Assembly (NCBI RefSeq): GCF_006345805.1
Contig: NW_021824316.1
Coordinates: 1 to 19,133, forward strand
Length of the DNA stretch: 19,133 nucleotides
Reading direction: 5' to 3'
DNA from: Octopus sinensis
Lineage: Eukaryota
Made by a program: the position numbers and the translations under genes
In this document: piece by piece, positions 1 to 7,979 of the stretch
Position numbering within the stretch: position 1 is the stretch's first letter
Layout: every line of letters starts with the position of its first letter
The notes under the pieces: generated by a model
The model's input: the letters and a program-made list of their open reading frames with translations, nothing else
What the model was told of the DNA's origin: nothing
Database searches by the model: none

Positions 1-365
1 TCTCTACCTCTTCTTCTTTCCCTTTTCCTCTTTCTCTTCCTTTTCCTTTTCCTCTTCTTCCATCTCCTCTTTATCCTCTTCCTCCTCTTTCACCTTCTCT
101 CCATCCACTTCCACCTTCTCTTCCTCCTCTCCCTCTGTCATCATTTTCCTCCAAGTCCACCTCTCTTCCTCCACTTCCACCTCTCCTCCTCAATTTCTAC
201 CTCTCCTCCTCTACTTCCACCACTTCTTCTTTTTCTTCTTCCTCCTCTTCTTCTTCCTCTTCTCCTTCCTTTTCTTCTTCCTCTTTTTTCCCGTTCTTGT
301 CCTTCTTCCTCTTCTTTTCCTCTTTTTTCTCCTCCTCCTCCACTTATCCCTTCCTACCCTCCTCC
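1..365. repeat. Low-complexity pyrimidine tract (CTT/CCT-rich; purine-rich GAG/GAA on minus)
   Basis: Almost only C/T on plus; the Glu/Lys-like minus frame is interrupted by stops. Confidence 0.9.
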
Positions 366-493
366 TAATCCTCATCATCATCAATGCCATTATTTTGGGG
401 GAGTATTTTCATGTAGGGTGTGCCATACGCCGTATGTGGATTGAGGTATATAAGATGTGAATCGGAGGTGTAGGGTGTGTGAAGATATGGACT

Positions 494-497
494 AGAG

Positions 498-535
<38 letters not shown>

Positions 536-560
536 AGAGAGAGAGAAAGAAAGAGAGAGA
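494..560. repeat. (GA)n microsatellite
   Basis: Direct reading. Confidence 0.95.
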
Positions 561-1194
561 AAAAATAGGGAAAAGCGAAAATAGTTTTCGTGTCGTGAAA
601 TAAATTCAGAAGAAACAAAAAGAAGGAAAAAATATTTTCTCCACAATACAATACAACCAAGGACTGTTGGGGCTTTCTATATATTCCATCGATTTGCAAG
701 AGTCTTCAGGCTAGCAAACCAATATATAGATATCAAAAAAAAAAAATAAATAAATAATAATAACAAACAGCAGAAAGAACCAATACCTTTACCAAACAAA
801 ATATATAAATATATAAAATGCTTTCAACTTAGACAATAGCGTTTCTTGAAGCAGTCAGAACTAAAGCGATCATTCTCTAAGACAAAATGGTAATGGTGAA
901 GAATTATGGTATGTATTATGGCAGAAACCAATGTAGATGGAGAAATACTGTTATTGATTGTGTCAAAAATAATATGTTAGCAACAATTGCGCCGTTGTTC
1001 TTGTTTAACATTGGGTCAATCAGAGTTGATGGAGTAGTGTTTATAATTAAATCTGTTCTCGGCATGACTTATCCAGCCCAGCATTTTTGTCGGTTATAGT
1101 CGATATGGAAGTATTATTATGCAATATATACCGACGTTTATGTTATATGTTTAAGGTGGAAGTCGAGATAGATTTTCTTGCTTCAATCGTTAGA

Positions 1195-1400
1195 GTGCAG
1201 CCATGCTGGGGCACCGCCTTGAAGGTATTTTCTTTTTAACATTAGTCGAATGTGATCGACATTGCTAATTTATTTTTTCTTCTCAGCTTGGAACTTATTT
1301 TATCGGTCTTCCTTGTGGAACAGCTGGTTTACAGGAGCGTTGACTAACCGGTACCAGTTGTCAAATAGAGAAGGGAGACAAACAGAGACACGAATACACC
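1195..1400 (-). mobile_element. Diverged 3' half of a tRNA-derived SINE (same family as 3984-4390)
   Basis: gccatgctggggcaccgcctt, cttattttatcggtc and gttgtcaa segments are collinear with the 4021-4160 copy. Confidence 0.65.
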
Positions 1401-1528
1401 AACACATACGCAAATACACACATACACACATACACATTTGTAAATTGTATATATATATATATTATATATATATATATATACATATATCTCTATCTATCTT
1501 CTATCTATCTATCTATCTTCTATCTATC

Positions 1529-1561
<33 letters not shown>

Positions 1562-1584
1562 ATTATATATATATATATATTATA

Positions 1585-1624
<40 letters not shown>

Positions 1625-1638
1625 ATATATATATACAT
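1400..1638. repeat. Compound (CA)n/(TA)n/(TCTA)n microsatellite
   Basis: Direct reading. Confidence 0.95.
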
Positions 1639-1639
1639 A

Positions 1640-1925
1640 AATTCCGTAATGAGATATAAACCAAGGCTGTGTAGATTTAGAACATTTATAGATAGAAGCT
1701 CTTACAGCTGGTTTCTAGGATATATATTATATCCCTTCAGAGGAGACGGTGTGAGAGGATGGTTAAGCAATAGGAGGAATGAAAATAGATGTGAGACATG
1801 CAGGGGTATTGTATTTGTAGATCCATTATTTAGGCAGAATGGTATACATATAAGATTCCAATACCTTATGAGTAAAATCCAATAGTATTTAAAATTGGTC
1901 ATTCCAAGTATAGAGATTATACACA
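1640..1925 (-). mobile_element. Penelope-like element (PLE) pLTR/3' fragment, copy 1
   Basis: Collinear homology to 5946-6275 (e.g. gagacggtgtgagaggatggttaag, ttaggcagaatggtata, taccttatgagtaaaatccaa); carries a hammerhead-like motif; minus frame gives ..ILLDFTHKVLESYMYTILPK*, weakly like the end of a PLE GIY-YIG domain. Confidence 0.65.
1699..1747 (-). ncRNA. Degenerate minimal hammerhead ribozyme (core CCUCUGA instead of CUGAUGA)
   Basis: GUCU-CCUCUGA-A-GGGAUAUA/UAUAUCCU-A-GAAAC-CAGCU-GUA-AGAG; positional homolog of 6003-6054. Confidence 0.55.
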
Positions 1926-1989
1926 GTGTTATTGAATGAAGGTTTTTATTCATAGTGACCTAAAAGTAGGGAATCTATTAGTAAGGTCA

Positions 1990-2160
1990 AATCGAAAACA
2001 GGAAGAGAGGAATAAAGGAAGAGAATAAATGAAAAAGAGAAAATGAGAAAAAGTAAGAGAAGAAAATAAGAAAAGTAAAATAAAAATTGAAAACAATAAA
2101 ATACAGGAAGAGAGGAATAAAGAAAAGAAAGAATAAAGAAAAAGGAAAAACAAGGATAGA
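1990..2160. repeat. Purine-rich (A/G) low-complexity tract
   Basis: Direct reading. Confidence 0.85.
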
Positions 2161-2459
2161 GATAGTAAGGGAAAGTGTACCAGTTAGTGGTCAGTCGAGA
2201 TAATTTGAAAGTAGGAATGGGGAGATAAGGGTGATAGAGAGAGAAAGGTATTAGAATGTAAAAAGTCAGAAGGAATGGGGGGGGGATAGAGAGAGAGAGA
2301 GTTATAAAAATTAAAGGAGTGTCAATTGTGCAGTGATAGAGTCTAAGTGATGGGGCAGAGAAAGGGGTAGTAGTACGGAATGAAGACTTTAGGAATTTGG
2401 GTGGTTGGATAGGTCAGTGCTTAGTACTAGAAGAACATATATGTGAAGATGTATATATA

Positions 2460-2670
2460 TGCGCCATGTTGAATCGCTAGCTTCTGCACGCATTTTTTTT
2501 CTCTCCTTGTTTCTCTCCGTGTTTCTTTTCTGTGTATCTTTCTGTTGAAGAGCGTAGGCTCGAAACGTAAAAGACTTGTTTTATTATATTCCTGAGCGCC
2601 ATACTAATACAATTGTTTGTTTGTACTCCACCTGCCTCGTCTTTTGTTTATTTTCATAAAGCTTCCCGTT
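2460..2670 (+). mobile_element. Short hammerhead-containing repeat (PLE pLTR/retrozyme-like) between (TA)n tracts
   Basis: About 210 bp of non-coding sequence bounded by TA repeats, with a central minimal hammerhead; no ORF. Confidence 0.6.
2537..2574 (+). ncRNA. Minimal type-I hammerhead ribozyme variant (U6, extra A after core, loop-less stem III)
   Basis: Stem I UCUUU(2537-41)/AAAGA(2570-74); core CUGUUGA 2542-48; extra A2549; stem II GAGC-GUAG-GCUC; GAAA 2562-65; C-GUA, predicted cleavage after A2569. Confidence 0.8.
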
Positions 2671-2802
2671 ATATATATATTTAATATATATATATTATAT
2701 ATATTATATCAGATGTTTTTATACATATCAAATTCTACATATACAACCCTTACTCGTATGCATATATCGTTGCTGTTCCCCCTCCACCTCCTCTTCCGCC
2801 CA

Positions 2803-2820
2803 CTACTGCTGCTGGTGGTG

Positions 2821-2880
<60 letters not shown>

Positions 2881-2895
2881 ACAATACCACCACCA
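2803..2895. repeat. (TAC)n with CTG/GTG/CAC flanking triplets
   Basis: Direct reading. Confidence 0.95.
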
Positions 2896-3059
2896 TCACC
2901 TTGAACTAGCTAAATACAGAATAGTGAAAAGTTTTTTCAGAGAGCTGGTCGGCTTAATAGCACATTTATATAAACATATGAGCAAAATGGCCTTTTCTGG
3001 TAAAAAAAAAGCTTATTTTAAACTCGGCCAGTTTTAAACTCCTTGCCATTTGAACTGAA

Positions 3060-3178
3060 ATAACAAGAACAACAACAACAACAGCAAGAACAAGAATAAC
3101 CACCACAAAAGCAACAACAACGAGATCAATAACAACAGCAACAACAGCAACAACAGTAATAATAATAATAATGATAAT
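3060..3178. repeat. (AAC)n/(AAT)n tract; the AAT part is the tail of the adjacent minus-strand SINE
   Basis: Direct reading. Confidence 0.85.
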
Positions 3179-3289
3179 CCTTTCTGCTAGAGGTACACGG
3201 CCTGAAATTGGGTGGGTGGTGGGGTAGAGTTAGAAAGGGATCACATCAACCCCAGTACTTGACTGGTACTTAATTTATCGACTCCGAAA
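3177..3289 (-). mobile_element. 3' part of a tRNA-derived SINE (family of 10490-10704 / 18592-18774)
   Basis: Reverse complement matches tcgggg-tcgataaattaagtaccagt...tttcaggcc...tagcagaaaggattatt of the 18660-18780 copy. Confidence 0.8.
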
Positions 3290-3394
3290 AAACAATAGCA
3301 ACAACGACAACGACAACAACAACAATAACAGTTTTGAATATATATGCGAAATGTGATTTTTCCCCCTCGTCCTCACCAACACCAATACCATCAC

Positions 3395-3519
3395 GACCAT
3401 CTTCATCATCGTTATCATCAACGTCGTCATCATCATCATCATCATCATCGTCGTCGTCATCGTCGTCGTAGTCGTCGTCGTCGTCATCATCAACGTCGTC
3501 GTCATCATCATCATCATCA

Positions 3520-3556
<37 letters not shown>

Positions 3557-3771
3557 AGTCGTCGTCATCATCATCATCATCATCATCATCATAATCATCA
3601 TCATCGTCGTCGTCGTCGTCGTCGTCATCATCAACGTCATCATCATCATCATCATCATCATCGTCGTCGTCGTCGTCGTCGTAGTCGTCGTCGTCGTCAT
3701 CATCAACGTCATCATCATCATCATCATCATCATCGTCGTCGTCGTAGTCGTCGTCGTCGTCATCATCATCG

Positions 3772-3829
<58 letters not shown>
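3395..3829. repeat. Composite (CAT)n/(CGT)n trinucleotide array with higher-order units
   Basis: Four recurrences each of interrupting CAA and AGT triplets, all in register. Confidence 0.95.
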
Positions 3830-3983
3830 TCGTAGTGAGGACATTTTGACGACACTGAAACTTGTTTTACATAAAAAATCGACTTAAACTGGATTATAAA
3901 CCAACTCGATAATAACGGGAATTAAATTGGACACACAAAATTAAGCATCGCCAGTAATTACTGTCTTATATTAAAAAAAAAAA

Positions 3984-4390
3984 CTCTTTTACTTTTTTAC
4001 TTGTTTCAGTCATTTGACTGCGGCCATGCTGGAGCACCGCCTTTAATCGAGCAACTCGACCCCGGGACTTATTCTTTTTGTAAGCCCAGTACTTATTCTA
4101 TCGGTCCCTTTTGCCGAACCTCTAAGTAACGGGGACATAAACACACCAGCATCGGTTGTCAAGCGATGCTAGGGGGACACACAAACACACACAAACACAC
4201 ACACAAACACACACATATATATATATATACATATATACGACGGGCTTCTTTCAGTTTCCGTCTACCAAATCCACTCACAAGACTTTGGTCGGCCTGAGGC
4301 TACAGTAGAAGACACTTGCCCAAGGTGCCATGCAGTGGGACTGAACCCGGAACCATGTGGTTGGTAAACAAGCTACTTACCACACAGCCA
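3984..4390 (-). mobile_element. Full-length tRNA-derived SINE with internal (CA)/(TA) microsatellite
   Basis: Minus strand: A-box-like tggctgtgtggtaag, B-box-like ggttcagtccc, central ccttgggcaagtgtcttc, internal microsatellite ~4177-4237, 3' hairpins and a short GTAAAA-type tail. Confidence 0.9.
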
Positions 4391-4619
4391 TCCACAACAT
4401 TCAGTAACAGGAACATAGACAATAACCTCATCAGTGATGGTTACACCATAAGCTATCAATAATGTACTGAAAAACAAAGTAAAGCGGGGTTTTCTTATCA
4501 TGCTTCGGAATATAGAAAAAAAACACACACACAAAATGCTTGGAGACATTCTTTCCTACACTGTAGAGGGAATTAATCTGCGAAAGAAAGTCACATAAAC
4601 TGAGATATCATATTTTACA

Positions 4620-4652
4620 GCCGCCATCTTTGTGACGTCATTGTGATATCAT
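4620..4652. promoter_or_regulatory. YY1-like site abutting a perfect CRE palindrome
   Basis: GCCGCCATCTTTG (4620-4632), then TGACGTCA (4633-4640), then TGATATCA (4644-4651), in non-repetitive sequence. Confidence 0.4.
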
Positions 4653-5044
4653 TCGTCAAATATAAGGCTAAGTTAAGCGTTGTTTTAAATTGAAAGCCTT
4701 TCACACAAGGCAAGCTAATGAGACGGCAATTTCCGTTCTGTTAGCGCTGCCTGCTTGTTGAGGAAATGAAAGTTCCTTTTAAAATGGGGGTCTCTTGGTC
4801 CCTTTTCTCTTTAGTTGAGAGATATTACATTTTACAGTCGCCTTTACTTCGTTTTCTTACATTTATTTGATAATTTGTTTTGTTTTTTTTTCGTTTATTT
4901 TTCGTTTATTTTTATGTTTCTCTTCATTCCTTTTCCCTCATTCTTTCTGTCAATTTTCTTCCTTCAGTTTTTATATGTTCCTTCTTCACATATTTGAAAG
5001 CAACCTCATCGCCCTCCTCCAGCCCCACCTTTTCCTCTTCCCCC

Positions 5045-5210
5045 TATCGTCATCATCATGATCATGATCATGATCATCATCATCTCCACTAATATGATTT
5101 TTCTCCTCGTCCTCCATGTCAACACCAACATCAAGACCATCTTCATCATCGTTATCATCAACATTATCATCATCATCATCATCAGCAGCAGCAGCAGCAT
5201 CATCATGACC
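5045..5210. repeat. (CAT)n/(CAG)n-rich tract, partly duplicating 3350-3430
   Basis: Shared tgattttt..ctcgtcctc..caacaccaa..gaccatcttcatcatcgttatcatcaac. Confidence 0.85.
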
Positions 5211-5413
5211 ATCGATTTCTTGTGTTTCGATATTTTCGAAACACACACACACGCACACTTACACTCACACACACACGCACATTTCCATTCACACGTTCAC
5301 ACACACACATACACACACACAAACGCCGGCATTTTGCGCCCTTTACTCCTAGAATCATCAATCGTCCGACTTATCACGTCCTTCTGAGTTACATGTCGGT
5401 ATAGACAAAGATA

Positions 5414-5530
5414 TGGCTGTGTGGGTAAGAAGCTCGTTTTGCAGCTACGTAGTGTTGGGTTCTCTCCTTGTCAGCGGAAACTTGATTTGGTATAACCCCT
5501 TGCCGACCAGTGCCGTGCGAGAAAATTTGG
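5414..5530 (+). mobile_element. Diverged 5' half of the 3984-4390 SINE family
   Basis: tggctgtgtgggtaagaagct head and ccgacca..gtgcgag..atttggta; ends in the internal microsatellite. Confidence 0.6.
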
Positions 5531-5539
5531 TAAAACTAT

Positions 5540-5789
<250 letters not shown>

Positions 5790-5791
<2 letters not shown>

Positions 5792-6278
5792 GGTTATAAG
5801 AGGTAATGGTGTCATTGAGACCCAATGGTGTCAGGTAATGTTGAATAAGTGCTATAGACAAACCATAGTTAAGCTTCAGGTTCGGTAATTTTGCGAATAA
5901 GGGGTTCAACGTTGGTCATGTGTCAGCGTGTGTATATAAGTATCTTTTGCGCAATGAGATAAAAGACCAACGCTGTGTAAATATTAGAACATCTATAGAT
6001 AGGTCTTACGTCTGTTTCCAGGATATTTATTAATTATATCCCTTCATCAGAGACGGTGTGAGAGGATGGTTAAGTAATAATTAGTTTAGATAGGATACAA
6101 AATAGAAAGTGGGGTGGAGGAAAGAAAATAGATGTAAGATATGTAAGGATATTAAAGTTGTAGGTCCATTTCTTAGGCAGAATGGTATATATGTAAGGTT
6201 CCAGTACCTTATGAGTAAAATCCAACAGAATTTTTAAAGGGGTCCTTCCAAATATAGAGTTTATACACAATGTAAGAT

Positions 6279-6283
<5 letters not shown>
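5790..6283 (-). mobile_element. Penelope-like element fragment, copy 2 (3' end, hammerhead, possible ORF start)
   Basis: Homologous to 1640-1925 with a ~40-bp insertion near 6078-6118; near-intact hammerhead at 6003-6054; KILLDFTHKVLEPYIYTILPKK upstream; bounded by microsatellites. Confidence 0.7.
6003..6054 (-). ncRNA. Minimal type-I hammerhead ribozyme
   Basis: Stem I GUCU/AGAC; core CUGAUGA (6050-6044); stem II GGGAUAU/AUAUCCU flanked by A and G; GAAA (6018-6015); stem III AC-[AGAC]-GU; GUA cleavage triplet, cut between 6007 and 6006. Confidence 0.8.
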
Positions 6284-6336
<53 letters not shown>

Positions 6337-6344
6337 TATATATA

Positions 6345-6378
<34 letters not shown>
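6284..6378. repeat. (TA)n microsatellite
   Basis: Direct reading. Confidence 0.95.
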
Positions 6379-6556
6379 CGTCATCTTCAACCTAAACTTC
6401 GAAAATGGGTGCCTCATGAATTGTTCGAAAGCAACTGCAAATCCCGAGATGACATCTGCTCTTCTATCCATTCTCGCGAACTCATTTCACCCTTTTGGAT
6501 AGACTTGTGACTGGTGAAGAAAAAGGGATCTATCGAAATGTTAAACGTCGTAAACA
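6379..6556 (+). pseudogene. Mariner transposase fragment
   Basis: LQPKLRKWVPHELFESNCKSRDDICSSIHSRELISPF, frameshift, then LDRLVTGEEKGIYRNVKRRK: WVPHEL motif (6406-6423) and a decayed FLDRIVTGDEKW motif. Confidence 0.88.
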
Positions 6557-6565
6557 TATGTATAC

Positions 6566-6619
<54 letters not shown>

Positions 6620-6650
6620 ATATATACATATTATAAATTATATATATCTA
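6557..6650. repeat. (TATATG)n hexamer microsatellite plus TA
   Basis: Direct reading. Confidence 0.9.
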
Positions 6651-6920
6651 CGTATACCGTATTTGATGCTATAGGACGTAGCCTAGCCCAGGCAATACTT
6701 TTGTAAAATAATTTATCACTAAAATAATGTTTTAATTCCTCCACTCACCTGTATAACTTTGTTATTACCGGTAATTTTAAACAATTTCGATATAAACATA
6801 CCGTAGGCGAGGGATCACCAATAGATGTTCACCAATAGATGGCAGCTCATGTTTTATAAACATACATACTGTAGGCGAGTTTGAGCATAAACTGAGTGCA
6901 TTGGTCGCAAGGAATTTTTG

Positions 6921-7013
6921 AAGTTGCGACGCCGTCGGATTGTCCAAGTTGTCACGCCGTCGGATTGAGATCGGAACCATGTGTCTGGGAAACAACTTCC
7001 TTACCACACAGCT
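6921..7013 (-). mobile_element. Diverged SINE head (3984-4390 family) with an internal 25-bp tandem duplication
   Basis: cggaaccatgtg...cttaccacacagc matches 4348-4390; aagttg..acgccgtcggattg occurs at 6921-6942 and 6946-6967. Confidence 0.65.
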
Positions 7014-7319
7014 ACTCGTTTATCTATGATGTAAACTTGTATATTTTTGTGAGAATAGCTGTGCCAGTTATAAAACGAACAGCATACGGAATGAAGCACT
7101 GATGTAAAAAATCTTATGGCTTGCATAATCTTACTTAAATTCTTCACCAGGTGAACAAAATATTTGTTATATGAGATATAAAAGCTACATATATAGTGTA
7201 TAAATTATAGATATGTTCCTGACATTTAGGAAGCCATTAAAATGAATTAATATTAATGTAATATAATAGAAAATGTCTTATGCAAGAATATAATATTTAC
7301 ATATGGATACGTGCATATA

Positions 7320-7344
7320 TATGTGTAGTGTATATGTATGTATG

Positions 7345-7378
<34 letters not shown>

Positions 7379-7430
7379 TGTATGTATGTATGTTGTATGT
7401 ATGTATGTATGTATCTATCTATAAACATAC

Positions 7431-7475
<45 letters not shown>

Positions 7476-7757
7476 CACATACCTATATATATGTATATTT
7501 GTAGGTATGTATAGATATATTTACGCACACACATATATATAATGTAACACGACACGTATGCACACACACGTAAATACAGTTTGTCTATTGGTGTATAGTT
7601 CCATCTATATATGCTTGTATCTATCTTTGTTCTTGTGCACCTGTGTGTATATGCATGCATGTATGTATGTATTATGTATGTATGTATCAATATACATCTA
7701 TCTATCTACCTCTCTTCTGTCTCAATCTATCTATATCTGTCTTTCTATCTATATATG

Positions 7758-7802
<45 letters not shown>

Positions 7803-7804
7803 AA

Positions 7805-7900
<96 letters not shown>

Positions 7901-7979
7901 AAGCATACACATACACAGACGCACACACATGCAGAAGCACGCACGCACAAACACACATATACATGCATAGACACATATA
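7320..7979. repeat. Compound (TATG)n/(TA)n/(TCTA)n/(CA)n microsatellite field
   Basis: Direct reading. Confidence 0.9.

Noticed and set aside
365-492. Possible terminal exon on minus after a (TC)n tract and TAG (PYLHTPY...DDDED*)
   Set aside because: The pyrimidine tract is just the (GA)n microsatellite; no recognisable protein and no upstream partner exon
1936-2028. Mini-ORF MKVFIHSDLKVGNLLVRSN.. resembling a kinase catalytic loop (HxDLKxxN)
   Set aside because: Only 30 codons, stop immediately upstream, no DFG or other subdomains, no splice sites; lies antisense at the edge of a PLE fragment
4428-4434. CTGATGA on minus (also at 8655-8661)
   Set aside because: No hammerhead helices; the 8655 instance is the SDE codons of the transposase
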